Positions 10,494 to 20,631 of a stretch of DNA of 48,655 bases are shown one piece after another. The translations under genes and the position numbers were made by a program. Position 1 is the stretch's first letter; every line of letters starts with the position of its first letter. Source of the DNA: an uncultured Bacteroidales bacterium (GTDB lineage Bacteria; Bacteroidota; Bacteroidia; Bacteroidales; UBA1402); the NCBI GenBank assembly GCA_964522065.1, contig CAZFUO010000003.1:1-48655 (forward strand). Direction: 5' to 3'. The notes under the pieces were generated by a model. That model had not been told where the DNA came from and searched no databases. It saw only the letters and a list, made by a program, of their open reading frames with translations.

Positions 10494-10964
10494 TTAATAC
10501 TGTACTCTATCTGTTTTTTTTACCCATTCATCAAATAATTCAACAGAATATGGCAATACCATCCTTTCAATTTTAATACTTCTGTCTTCAATATTTTTTG
10601 AGAATTCATCATAAATAAACTTATCACTAAAACCTATTTTTTCAGCATCAACCCTGTCTGAACAATAGTATATCTTTTTAATATTTGCCCAGTAAATTGC
10701 CGAAAGACACATTGGACATGGTTCACATGTTGCGTAAATAACCGCATTGTCAAGATGAAAACTACTGACTTTGGTGCAAGCTTCTCTTATTGCTACAATT
10801 TCGGCATGAGCTGATGGGTCGTTAGTTGAAGCAACCATATTACAACCTTTACCTATAATCTCATCGTTTTGTACTACAACTGCCCCGAATGGGCCTCCCA
10901 AATTGTCTCTTACTCCATTAAAAGCTTGTTCAAATGCTATTTGCATGTATTTTGCGTGATTCAT
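10494..10964 (-). CDS. CDA-fold nucleoside deaminase, guanine deaminase (GuaD)-like
   Basis: The 156-aa ORF carries the zinc motifs HAEIVAIREA and CEPCPMCLSAIYWA. Its length and its C-terminal FIYDEF..Y tail resemble Bacillus-type guanine deaminase more than TadA. Confidence 0.7.
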   Translation of the reverse strand: MNHAKYMQIAFEQAFNGVRDNLGGPFGAVVVQNDEIIGKGCNMVASTNDPSAHAEIVAIREACTKVSSFHLDNAVIYATCEPCPMCLSAIYWANIKKIYYCSDRVDAEKIGFSDKFIYDEFSKNIEDRSIKIERMVLPYSVELFDEWVKKTDRVQY

Positions 10965-11089
10965 TCTATCTTCTTTTTTCTTGTAAAAATAGATAAATAA
11001 TAGAGGATTTTTGTAAAAAGATATAATTTAATTGTATAAATATTCAAGTACATGATGTAAATTAGGCTAATTTTTTAAATCTGAAAAAC

Positions 11090-14000
11090 ATGAAAAACAT
11101 AGAGAGCAAAGAAGTAATTGAGTGGGCAAAAGACTTCCTTGAAAGATCAGACAAAGAGATTACCAAGGCAGAGTTGAAAGAACAAAAGAAGTATGCTATA
11201 CTTATTCAAAATCCGAAAGACAAGATACTTCTTTCAAAATTACTAGACGAGTCGTCGCAGATACACAATCAGAAAAAACTGGCAAGAAGAATTAAGCATC
11301 TTATTGATTCTTATGGAGTTCCCGAGTTTTTTGATTCTGCTGATACATTCTTAATGAAACTTTACTCTATGTTCGGTTACTGGTTTGATTATATCGCGGT
11401 TCCGATATTTAAAAAGAGATTACGGTCTGATACTTCAAAAGTTATTATTAATGAGAAACCGTCCCTGCTGGTAAAGCATCTGTCTGAAAGAGCAAAAGAT
11501 AATATAGGTCAGAATGTTAATCTTTTGGGTGAAGTTGTTTTAGGTGATGGAGAGGCTGATAAAAGGTATTATCACTATCTTGAAGCGTTGAAAGACCCGG
11601 GAATTAATTATATTTCAATAAAGATATCTGGTATTTATGCTCAGATTAATCCTTTTAATTACGAACAAAACAAGAAGGACTTATGTGAAAGACTGGCAAA
11701 TATTTACAGGCATTCTGTGGATTATCCATTTGTTGATGCAAGCGGTAATGGTCATTCAAAATTTGTAAACCTTGATATGGAGGAGTATAAAGATACCGAA
11801 TTAACTCTGGATGTTTTTAAAACGGTACTTAGTCTTCCTGAGTTTAAAAACTATACAGCGGGTATTGTTATTCAGGCTTATTTACCTGATGCATGGCAAT
11901 TTCAATCGGAATTACTGGAGTTTGCACATAAAAGAGTTTCTGATGGTGGTGCTCATTTAAAAATGAGACTTGTAAAAGGTGCCAATCTACAGATGGAATC
12001 TATAGTGTCTTCACTGAAAGGCTGGGAAAACCCGGTTCTAAGATCGAAAGTTGAGGTTGATGCTAATTATTTACATATTCTTGACAGGGCTTTACTTCCC
12101 GAAAATGCCAGTGTACTTCATGTTGGTGTTGCATCTCATAACTTTTTCAGTATTGGTTATGCATATTTACTCTCAAAGCAAAACAATGTTGAGTATGCTG
12201 TTACTTTCGAAATGCTTGAGGGTATGGCAAATCATCTTCCAAGGGTAATGAGAAGTCTTGAAAAACAAATTATACTTTATACCCCTGTTGTAAAAGATGA
12301 GCATTTTCTTAATGCTATTTCTTATCTGGTAAGAAGGCTTGACGAGAATACAGGAGTTGATAACTTCCTTAGTTATTCTTTCAATTTAAAGTATGACAGT
12401 AAACAATGGGCTTTCCTTCAAGACCAGTTTATTAAGGCATTTAACATTAAAGACAGCCTTGAATTAAAACCTTTCAGAACTCAAGACCGTAATTTGAAAT
12501 ATGAAAACAAACATAAAGACCAGGATGAATTTCATAATGAACCCGATACAAATTTCGATCTGAAGCCAAACAGACTCTGGGCCGATAAAATAAGAAACAA
12601 GTGGACTAATATGCATGATAAAGACCTGTCAGCGTATATACTTAATAAAGAGCAAATTGAACAGATACTTACTGATGCAGAAAATGATAAGTCAGGTTGG
12701 AGAAAAACAAACATTTCAGAAAGGGCATTAATTCTTAATAAAGTGGCCGACACTCTTGCTGACAGAAGAGGAGATCTTATTGGTTGTATGTCGAAAGTAA
12801 CACGAAAAACTTTTGGTGAAGGTGACGTTGAGGTTTCTGAGGCAATAGACTTTTGCAGGTACTACCCTTTTACAATGAAAAAGTTTCACGATTTGGGTAC
12901 AATTAATATTGGGCCTAAGGGTATTGTTTTAGTGGTTTCTCCATGGAATTTCCCGTTAGCTATACCGGTTGGTGGAGTTGCTGCTGCTCTTTCAGGGGGT
13001 AATACTGTAATTTTGAAACCGGCAACTGTTGCTCTTGGAGTCGCAACGGAATTTGCTCAGTGTTTTTGGGATGCCGGGGTACCAAAAGATGCTTTACAGG
13101 TTGTATGCACAGATAACAGAGCAACCTTAAAATATCTCACAGGAAGCCATTTGATAAAACACACTATAATGACGGGGGGTACTGATACGGCTTTCAGCTT
13201 ACTTGAGAACAATCCTAAATGTCCCCTTTCTGCCGAAACTGGTGGTAAAAATGCAATTATTGTGACCAGTTGTGGTGACAGAGATCATGCTATTCAAAAT
13301 ATTGTAACTTCCGCATTTAGTAATGCCGGTCAGAAATGTTCAGCATGTTCTTTATTGCTTTTAGAAAAAGATGTTTATATTGACAATGAGTTTAAAACGA
13401 AATTGATTGATGCTGTTACCAGTATGAGGACAGGAAGTCCCTGGATTGGCAGCAGCGTAGTCGGGCCAATGATTACTAATAAGAATGAGAAACTCTTACA
13501 TGCAATAAATAATCTTGAGGATGGTGAAAGCTGGTTGGTAAAACCAGTATTTTTGGATGAAGAAAGATTTATTTTAAGACCTTGTGTTAAGTGGGGTGTT
13601 AAACCAGGCAGTTTCACTTTTGAAAACGAATTGTTCGGACCTCTGCTTGCTGTTGTAGAAATTGATAATCTCCAACACGGTATAGATTTGATAAATGCAT
13701 CAGAATACGGACTTACATCCGGTTTGCAAAGTCTTGATGAAAGCGAACAACTTCTCTGGAAAAACAGTATTGAAGCAGGTAACTTATATATTAACAGAGG
13801 TATTACAGGTGCTATTGTAAACAGACAACCTTTTGGCGGGATGAAAAGATCGGCATTTGGTGGTGGTATAAAGGCTGGTGGCAGAAATTATGTAAGTTGT
13901 TTTGTTAACATAACTGACAACTCCGAAACCGCACTTGAAAAAGCTCGTAAAAACTATATCAAGGTGTATTCTGATGAATTTACTGTAGAGAAAGATATTC

Positions 14001-14431
14001 ACAATCTTATGGGTGAATCTAATACTTTCAGGTATTTACCTCTTGATAAAGTCACACTAAGAGTAATGCCTCAAGATAATATTGTCGATATTAAAATGAT
14101 AATATCTGCTGCTGAAATATGCAAAACTCCGTTAGAAATTAGTATTGATAAAGAAAACAAATTAATTGATGCATTAAAGAGCTCAGATTTTGTAAAAACA
14201 GAAACAGAGCAGGAATTTATTTCCGGTATTGGTAACCAGAATAGAATACGAACCTGCTCTGCACAAATTTCTGATGATATTTATAAAAGAGCCGCCGAAA
14301 AAGGTATTCACATTGTAAATACTAAACCGCTTATGGAAGGCAGAATTGAACTGCTTAACTACCTGAAAGAGCAAAGTATTTCATTTGAATATCACAGATA
14401 CGGCAGTATAACTGAGATACCTGCAATTTGA
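11090..14431 (+). CDS. putA: bifunctional proline dehydrogenase / L-glutamate gamma-semialdehyde (P5C) dehydrogenase
   Basis: The 1113-aa ORF has an N-terminal PRODH TIM-barrel region (..MRLVKGANL.., FEMLEGMA). The central/C-terminal ALDH domain has WNFPLAI, the catalytic Glu in ETGGKNA and the catalytic Cys in GQKCSACS. Confidence 0.88.
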   Translation: MKNIESKEVIEWAKDFLERSDKEITKAELKEQKKYAILIQNPKDKILLSKLLDESSQIHNQKKLARRIKHLIDSYGVPEFFDSADTFLMKLYSMFGYWFDYIAVPIFKKRLRSDTSKVIINEKPSLLVKHLSERAKDNIGQNVNLLGEVVLGDGEADKRYYHYLEALKDPGINYISIKISGIYAQINPFNYEQNKKDLCERLANIYRHSVDYPFVDASGNGHSKFVNLDMEEYKDTELTLDVFKTVLSLPEFKNYTAGIVIQAYLPDAWQFQSELLEFAHKRVSDGGAHLKMRLVKGANLQMESIVSSLKGWENPVLRSKVEVDANYLHILDRALLPENASVLHVGVASHNFFSIGYAYLLSKQNNVEYAVTFEMLEGMANHLPRVMRSLEKQIILYTPVVKDEHFLNAISYLVRRLDENTGVDNFLSYSFNLKYDSKQWAFLQDQFIKAFNIKDSLELKPFRTQDRNLKYENKHKDQDEFHNEPDTNFDLKPNRLWADKIRNKWTNMHDKDLSAYILNKEQIEQILTDAENDKSGWRKTNISERALILNKVADTLADRRGDLIGCMSKVTRKTFGEGDVEVSEAIDFCRYYPFTMKKFHDLGTINIGPKGIVLVVSPWNFPLAIPVGGVAAALSGGNTVILKPATVALGVATEFAQCFWDAGVPKDALQVVCTDNRATLKYLTGSHLIKHTIMTGGTDTAFSLLENNPKCPLSAETGGKNAIIVTSCGDRDHAIQNIVTSAFSNAGQKCSACSLLLLEKDVYIDNEFKTKLIDAVTSMRTGSPWIGSSVVGPMITNKNEKLLHAINNLEDGESWLVKPVFLDEERFILRPCVKWGVKPGSFTFENELFGPLLAVVEIDNLQHGIDLINASEYGLTSGLQSLDESEQLLWKNSIEAGNLYINRGITGAIVNRQPFGGMKRSAFGGGIKAGGRNYVSCFVNITDNSETALEKARKNYIKVYSDEFTVEKDIHNLMGESNTFRYLPLDKVTLRVMPQDNIVDIKMIISAAEICKTPLEISIDKENKLIDALKSSDFVKTETEQEFISGIGNQNRIRTCSAQISDDIYKRAAEKGIHIVNTKPLMEGRIELLNYLKEQSISFEYHRYGSITEIPAI

Positions 14432-14433
14432 TC

Positions 14434-15051
14434 TTATTTAATCTGAATAAATAAATCCTTGTCTGCGCTGCACAAATCACAATTATCTGGTGCTTTTTGT
14501 GAGTCGTATGTGTCTCCGCAGACGGGGCAAATTGAATAAGAACTCGTAATTCCTGATTGCTTACCTGCTTTCAGACTATTAAGCGCAATGGTAAAAAGCT
14601 CAATATGATCTTTTTCAGTTTCGAGAGCATAAGTCAATGATTCTACAACAGTTGTCTTGAGCTTCTTGGTTTTAGCATCTTCAATAAACATTGGATACAG
14701 GTTTTCAACTTCGTCGGTTTCACCTTTAATAGCTTCTTCAAGATTTTCAAGAGTTGTCATTACTTCAAACTCAGGTGTAAATTCGTCCATTTCAACTTTA
14801 AAAGTTTTTAGAACCGAAGCATGATTTGATGCATGAATTGCTTCAGCCTTAGAGGCTGCTTCAAATAGTCTGGCAATAGTGTCAAGTCCTTCAATATAGG
14901 CCTGTTTACTATAGGCTTCATACTTCTTGCTTGCTGTTGTTTCTGTTTTGATACCTAGTTTAATGTTCTCAATTGTTTGTTTGGTTTGATTGGCACAACC
15001 CAAAAAAGCAGAGATAATTACCAACGATAAAAAAATGCTGAAATTCTTCAT
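14434..15051 (-). CDS. rubrerythrin-family diiron protein with lipoprotein signal peptide and C-terminal rubredoxin-like Cys4 knuckle
   Basis: The signal ends in FLGC (a lipobox-like Cys). Ferritin-like E..ExxH pairs are present (KAEAIH; ETEKDH). The C-terminus reads CPVCG-x12-CDLC. Confidence 0.75.
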   Translation of the reverse strand: MKNFSIFLSLVIISAFLGCANQTKQTIENIKLGIKTETTASKKYEAYSKQAYIEGLDTIARLFEAASKAEAIHASNHASVLKTFKVEMDEFTPEFEVMTTLENLEEAIKGETDEVENLYPMFIEDAKTKKLKTTVVESLTYALETEKDHIELFTIALNSLKAGKQSGITSSYSICPVCGDTYDSQKAPDNCDLCSADKDLFIQIK

Positions 15052-15094
15052 GGCTAATAAGTATTAAATGTTGATATAATATATATTTAAATAA

Positions 15095-15961
15095 TTACTT
15101 CTCTAAAAAACTATTTAATACAGAGATATATTCAAGTGGCTTTTCTAATATATGAGAATGAGAAGCACCTTTAAAAACATACATTTCAGCATTCCTGAAG
15201 CACGATTTATAAAAATTCGTGGTTTCTGGTCTGGCTTCATCAAACTCTCCACAAGATAATAACACCGGGCAATCGATTTCGTTCAATTTATTACAAAGAT
15301 CTACATGCTTTAATGTACCATTCATAGTAAATTCGCTTGGTCCCCACATGTGATAATAAACATCCATGCCCATACCTGCCATTGCATCATTTAATTGTTC
15401 AGGCCAGGGGTTAATCGTACACAGATAATGAGAGTAAAAAACATTCATTGCTTCCAGATAGTCAGGATGATTATAGTCAGATTTTTCTTCGCATCTTAAA
15501 ATCATATCTCTGACCTTTTTATCCAGTTGGCTAACTAGTATTTTCTGATCGTCCACCCATTTTGGTGTACTTAGGTATGGCCCTGACAGAATTAGTTTTT
15601 TTACACCAACAGGTTTATGTCTTAGCATGTATTCAGCAATAAGCATTGTACCCCATGATTGACCAAGAAGAAATACCGTATCGAGATTTAGTTGTTTTCT
15701 TAACTCAGCCAACTCATCAGTAAATCTTTGAGTATTCCATAATCTCAAATCTTCAGGCCTTTCAGAATTTCCACAACCTAACTGATCGTAAAAAATCACC
15801 GGCCTTTGATTTGATAATTCAACTAAAGGTAATAAATAATTATGTGGTGCTCCAGGACCTCCATGAACAGTTAATAGTGGTATTCCAGGGCTATCTGCTC
15901 CATAAATACAGTACCAGATCTTGCCTCCTTCTACATTAATATACCCTTCTACCTTTTCCAT
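15095..15961 (-). CDS. proline iminopeptidase-family alpha/beta hydrolase
   Basis: The 288-aa ORF has the oxyanion motif HGGPG, the nucleophile elbow GQSWG, and a C-terminal ..GASHSH.. histidine region. Confidence 0.8.
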   Translation of the reverse strand: MEKVEGYINVEGGKIWYCIYGADSPGIPLLTVHGGPGAPHNYLLPLVELSNQRPVIFYDQLGCGNSERPEDLRLWNTQRFTDELAELRKQLNLDTVFLLGQSWGTMLIAEYMLRHKPVGVKKLILSGPYLSTPKWVDDQKILVSQLDKKVRDMILRCEEKSDYNHPDYLEAMNVFYSHYLCTINPWPEQLNDAMAGMGMDVYYHMWGPSEFTMNGTLKHVDLCNKLNEIDCPVLLSCGEFDEARPETTNFYKSCFRNAEMYVFKGASHSHILEKPLEYISVLNSFLEK

Positions 15962-15971
15962 TTTACTGTTA

Positions 15972-18900
15972 TTAAACTACTGGTTTAAACGGTATTGTAA
16001 AATAAAATGTGCTACCTACGTTTAGTTTAGACTCAACCCAAATATCTCCACCCATTTTATTTAAATAAGCTTTAACTATAGATAAACCCAAACCAGATCC
16101 TTCATAAGGCCTGGTAATTTGAGGATCGGCCTGAACAAACCTTTCAAAAATCAAATTAATCTTATCTTCAGGAATACCCATTCCTGTGTCACTGACATAG
16201 AATTCCAGAAAATCGTTTTTTAATGCTACTCCAAATTCGATATATCCTTTAGTTGTAAATTTAACAGCATTGTTTAGGAGATTAGTAAGTATTCCTTCTA
16301 ACTTTATCTTGTCAGTGTAAATGATATTAACATTAAACAGAAAGCCATCATTCCTTATTAACGGAAGGTTTTTAATCTTTGCCATCTTGCTAAAAACACC
16401 ATAATGATAATCGAGTACATCTTTCAGGTTAACTTCAGATTCATGTATTTCCATTTGACCTGCTTCAATTTTTGAAATCTCAATAATATCATTAATTGTA
16501 TCTAGTAGCCTCTGACCGCTTTTATTCATAATATCCATAAAATTCTGTTTTTCCTCTTCTCCCAGACCAGGCTCAGCCAGTAGATTTAGAAAACCAAGAA
16601 TACCATTCATTGGAGTTCTTATTTCATGACTTATATTCGCTAAAAATGCTGTTTTCAATCTGTCATTTTCTTCTGCTTTATTTTTTGCCACAACCAATTC
16701 CTGTATCATACGAGACCTTTGTATTACAATCTCAATTTCGTGAGCAACCATTTCAAGCAATCTCAGACTTGAGTTGTCGTAAGCATGCTTATTGTCGAAA
16801 CTCATAATTACAAGTACACCAAATACATTATGATCATCAATCAATGGAACACCCAACCAGGATTTTGCATGATTATTTTTTAAAACCAAATTATTTAATT
16901 CAACAAAAGTCTCATAATCTTCTGAATTTAACATAAGTGGTTTTTTGGTTTTTACAACAAAACCAGGTAAGGTTTTATTTATATCCCATTCTTCATATTC
17001 CTGATATTCATTCACATAAACTATCCTGTAAAGAGATTGGGACAGACTGTCATATCTTGCAACGTAATAATTGTTTACATCCATTACTTTTGCAAGTTTT
17101 TCCATAACATACTCTAAAAGTGCACTGAAATCTTTTGTCGTCATAGAGGTTCTGGCAATTTCATATAAAATATTCTGAAACTCTTCGTCTCTTTTACGCT
17201 GTGTTACATCTCTGGCTATACTCAGAATTGCCTTTTGATCAAGATAGTTTATCAAACTTGAATAGACCTCAACAGGTATTAATCTTCCATTTTTAGATTT
17301 ATGAATGGTTTCCAATATTTGAAGTTCGTCATCAGGCATAGTTTTTGCCAGTTGAAGTATCATTTCTTTTGTTAATGATGTATCTATTCCATATAATCCA
17401 ATTTCTAACAACTCTTCTTTAGTATAGCCAAGTGAATTGACTGCATTTCGGTTTACGTCTATCAGATTTCCGTTAAAATCTATAATCCATGCAGATTCGT
17501 TCATTCCGTCAATTAGTTCTCTATAGCTCTTTTCACTTCTTTTAATTTTAATTTCTGCATTTTTCATATCATCAATATCCTGAAAAGATCCCATTACTTT
17601 GATGATATTACCATGTTCATCTCTGATTGGCTTACCAATATCTCTAACCCAAACAAGCTTTCCACTTGCTGTTTGTATTTGTATTTCAAGATCGTAAGGA
17701 ATACCTTCTTTCACACATAAATCGAAAGCTTTTTCTACAACCGGTCTGAATTCAGGTGTGTAAAAGCTTATAGCAGCTTGAATGTCAGGATAAAAATCGT
17801 CAGGTACTTCGTGTATAGCTTTTACGACTTCAGACCATACCACTTTATTTGTTTTTAAGTCAACATCCCAACCTCCGAATCTGGCGCTTTCACCTGCTAA
17901 TCTTAAAATCGAATAGTTGGATATCATCTTCTGTTCTAATTCTTTCTTTTCACTTATTTCTTCTATGATAACAGCAAAGCTCATTTCATCAAACCTGTAT
18001 GCTAAAATGCTGAAATACCGATTTTGATTTTCATTAAAAAATTCAAATCTTAAAGGAAGGCCTGTAGAAACTACATATGAAAATTTTTCATGCCAGTTAT
18101 CTGTTTCAAAAACTTCTTGTGTTGTCTTTCCTATTACTTCAGAACTTTTCAAACCAGTTAATCGCTCAAAGCCAGGATTTACCTCCCTAAAAATGAATGA
18201 TATAGTATTATCAATGTTAAAAACCATTTCATGTACAGCAAGACCAAATTGCATTTGATTAATTAAGCTCCTGTATTTTAGCTCATTTCTTAAGATTATT
18301 TCTTCTTTGCTCTTACTTTCTGTTATTCCCCATATAATATCTGCAAGACTACTTATCAATTCAACATCGTAAGGCGAATAATCGCTTGATTTATTTGCGA
18401 AGCCATATAATGCAACCAAAACATCATTTCTGAAAAGTGGAACAAATATGACCCTTTTCAGTTCGGCTCCCTCAGGAAAAAGATTATTACATTTACCACA
18501 CAGGCTATTACAAATGAATGGATTACGTTTTTCAACACATTGACTCCACACCCATGAATCTGTAATCAATGATGGATTATAATCTTTAGACCAGTTACAT
18601 ACACTTATTTTCAAGTCAGAATTGACATCTATGTACAATATACCAAACTCACTGCTTGTGATAGAACAAACTTCATTAATAATAAGATTTAATGATTCTG
18701 ATAATGTATTGTCTGTTGAGTGTCCAAGTATTTTAATTTTTAAATCTGTCAGTTTACTTCTCATCCTGTCTTCAGTATGATCACTTATAACCACCAGAGT
18801 TCCTTTCAACTTATTATTCTGACCAAACAAAGGAGATGCTGTATAGAGTACAGGTATTTCATTATAATTTTTATCAATCAAAATTGAATCTTGTTCTGAC

Positions 18901-20162
18901 TTATAACTCAGGTTAGACTTTATTACCTCATCGACCAGGTTGTCTATCTGACTTTTTGTGGTTTCACTAATTATATTTACAATATCATTATAATTTTTGC
19001 CTATAACCTCCTTTTCAGTCCATCCTGTCATGTTTTCTGCTGAAATATTCATTTTCACAATTTTACCCTTATTGTCGGTAATAATAACTCCGTCAGCAAT
19101 ATTGTGAAGTGTGGCTCCCAGTTCCTGATTTGAAAAATGAAGTTCCAGACTTTTTGAGAAAAGCTCTTTATAAATTCTTCTTTGTCTGTTTCTGTAAACC
19201 CATGCCATTGCAGCAGCTACCAAGAGAATTGCAGTTATGGCAATTAGAAAAACCAGTACAGACATTCTGCTTAAATCTGAATAGATTTCAAAGAATGCTT
19301 CTTCAGAAGCGATATACCAGTTTGTACCCGGCACTTTACTAATATGAGATAAGACTTTCTCGCCTTCATAATTCTTGCCTTCATAAACTCCTTCAAATCC
19401 GGTTACAGCTTTTAAAGCAGTATTATATTTATTTGAATTGTTAATTTCGATTTCAAATGAGTGCGACTTATTGTGTTTTAGTGGGCTCAGAGATTTAACT
19501 ATATTACCATTTTTTTGAAAGATATAACTTTCTGCTGTCTGACTAGGCAAAGGCCAGCTGCTTAAAACAGGATAGACGTATGAAAACGGATCTATACAAA
19601 ATATCATTACTGCAACTACATTGTTATTGTCTATGATAGGTGCAAGTATATCAAATTGAAGATTTTTGTGATAATTACAATAGTAAAAATCTCTTATCAG
19701 TATTGATTTATCCTTAAAGACTTTTTCAATAAATTTTATATCCTGATTGTTTTGATATGGATTGTCAAATACGAAAAGCTTGCTGTATAACACTTTTCCT
19801 TTTTTGTCTAACATATAAATATCACGATATCTGTCATTTGTCATAATATGACCCAGTGACTGATTAAGTTTTACTGTATCAGTGTAATTGCCTTTTGCAA
19901 TGTTAATTGCATAATCAAGGTTAGGGTTTAAAGATGTGAAAAAGTAAGCTTCAGACAGTCTTTCTTTTCTCCATTGCACCAGTTGTGCAACTTTCATTTC
20001 TGATATTGCCTTGAGATCCTGATGAGTTTCTGTTTTAATTATTTCTTTTTGACTATTGTAGTAAAAGAAAGCAATCAATAATACTACAAACGAAGCAATT
20101 ACAGAGAGCAGAATAATTTGCTTCTTAAAGTGTTTTTCGGTATTAATCTCCATGCTATCCAT
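15972..20162 (-). CDS. large multi-domain sensor histidine kinase (periplasmic sensor, several PAS, GAF, HisKA, HATPase)
   Basis: The 1396-aa ORF has two TM helices flanking a ~270-aa extracytoplasmic domain, followed by repeated PAS-like modules and GAF-like segments. The kinase core has the H-box FLANISHEIRTPMNG and ATPase boxes NLLNNAVKFT, DTGMGI, GSGLGL. No receiver domain is present. Confidence 0.85.
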   Translation of the reverse strand: MDSMEINTEKHFKKQIILLSVIASFVVLLIAFFYYNSQKEIIKTETHQDLKAISEMKVAQLVQWRKERLSEAYFFTSLNPNLDYAINIAKGNYTDTVKLNQSLGHIMTNDRYRDIYMLDKKGKVLYSKLFVFDNPYQNNQDIKFIEKVFKDKSILIRDFYYCNYHKNLQFDILAPIIDNNNVVAVMIFCIDPFSYVYPVLSSWPLPSQTAESYIFQKNGNIVKSLSPLKHNKSHSFEIEINNSNKYNTALKAVTGFEGVYEGKNYEGEKVLSHISKVPGTNWYIASEEAFFEIYSDLSRMSVLVFLIAITAILLVAAAMAWVYRNRQRRIYKELFSKSLELHFSNQELGATLHNIADGVIITDNKGKIVKMNISAENMTGWTEKEVIGKNYNDIVNIISETTKSQIDNLVDEVIKSNLSYKSEQDSILIDKNYNEIPVLYTASPLFGQNNKLKGTLVVISDHTEDRMRSKLTDLKIKILGHSTDNTLSESLNLIINEVCSITSSEFGILYIDVNSDLKISVCNWSKDYNPSLITDSWVWSQCVEKRNPFICNSLCGKCNNLFPEGAELKRVIFVPLFRNDVLVALYGFANKSSDYSPYDVELISSLADIIWGITESKSKEEIILRNELKYRSLINQMQFGLAVHEMVFNIDNTISFIFREVNPGFERLTGLKSSEVIGKTTQEVFETDNWHEKFSYVVSTGLPLRFEFFNENQNRYFSILAYRFDEMSFAVIIEEISEKKELEQKMISNYSILRLAGESARFGGWDVDLKTNKVVWSEVVKAIHEVPDDFYPDIQAAISFYTPEFRPVVEKAFDLCVKEGIPYDLEIQIQTASGKLVWVRDIGKPIRDEHGNIIKVMGSFQDIDDMKNAEIKIKRSEKSYRELIDGMNESAWIIDFNGNLIDVNRNAVNSLGYTKEELLEIGLYGIDTSLTKEMILQLAKTMPDDELQILETIHKSKNGRLIPVEVYSSLINYLDQKAILSIARDVTQRKRDEEFQNILYEIARTSMTTKDFSALLEYVMEKLAKVMDVNNYYVARYDSLSQSLYRIVYVNEYQEYEEWDINKTLPGFVVKTKKPLMLNSEDYETFVELNNLVLKNNHAKSWLGVPLIDDHNVFGVLVIMSFDNKHAYDNSSLRLLEMVAHEIEIVIQRSRMIQELVVAKNKAEENDRLKTAFLANISHEIRTPMNGILGFLNLLAEPGLGEEEKQNFMDIMNKSGQRLLDTINDIIEISKIEAGQMEIHESEVNLKDVLDYHYGVFSKMAKIKNLPLIRNDGFLFNVNIIYTDKIKLEGILTNLLNNAVKFTTKGYIEFGVALKNDFLEFYVSDTGMGIPEDKINLIFERFVQADPQITRPYEGSGLGLSIVKAYLNKMGGDIWVESKLNVGSTFYFTIPFKPVV

Positions 20163-20254
20163 TTTGAATTTATAAAATGTAACAAGAGAAATTCATAAAG
20201 GTTTTTAACCTGTTTGTAAATTTAAGAAAATCTTTTTAACTCTGTTATGAAATA

Positions 20255-20288
20255 TAAAAAAAAAGCTGCCCAAATTATTGAACAGCTT
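20255..20288 (-). terminator. rho-independent terminator downstream of rhaM
   Basis: The minus strand reads AAGCUGUUCAA-UAAU-UUGGGCAGCUU, an 11-bp stem including two G.U pairs with a tetraloop. It is followed by a run of nine U (plus-strand A-run 20256-20264). Confidence 0.65.
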
Positions 20289-20311
20289 AGTTTTAATTTT
20301 ACATTTTTTCT

Positions 20312-20626
20312 TTAGTCCATATGAAAGACTTCTTCCAAAGGTATTGAAACCGGTGAGTTATCTGCATTCACATCCATAATATCAGACATGTAATCCCACC
20401 ACTTTTGTTGTATCTCGTTAAATCCTAAATCTTGTGAACCTACATTTCCTTCAACTTTTTGAAAGGCAAATAAATAATTTGTTTCTTCATCAAGAAAAAT
20501 TGAATAGTCACTAATTCCACACTTTTTAATAAGTTCAACTATTTCCGGCCAAACTTCATCGTGTCTTTTTTTGTACTCGGCTTTCATGCCGGGTTTCATT
20601 CTCATTTTAAATGCTAGTCTTTGCAT
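20312..20626 (-). CDS. rhaM: L-rhamnose mutarotase
   Basis: At 104 aa it has the typical length. The pattern ..AFKMRMKPG..EYKKRHDEVWPE..GISDYSIF.. matches the RhaM (ferredoxin-like dimeric alpha-beta barrel) family. Confidence 0.85.
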   Translation of the reverse strand: MQRLAFKMRMKPGMKAEYKKRHDEVWPEIVELIKKCGISDYSIFLDEETNYLFAFQKVEGNVGSQDLGFNEIQQKWWDYMSDIMDVNADNSPVSIPLEEVFHMD

Positions 20627-20631
20627 GATAA

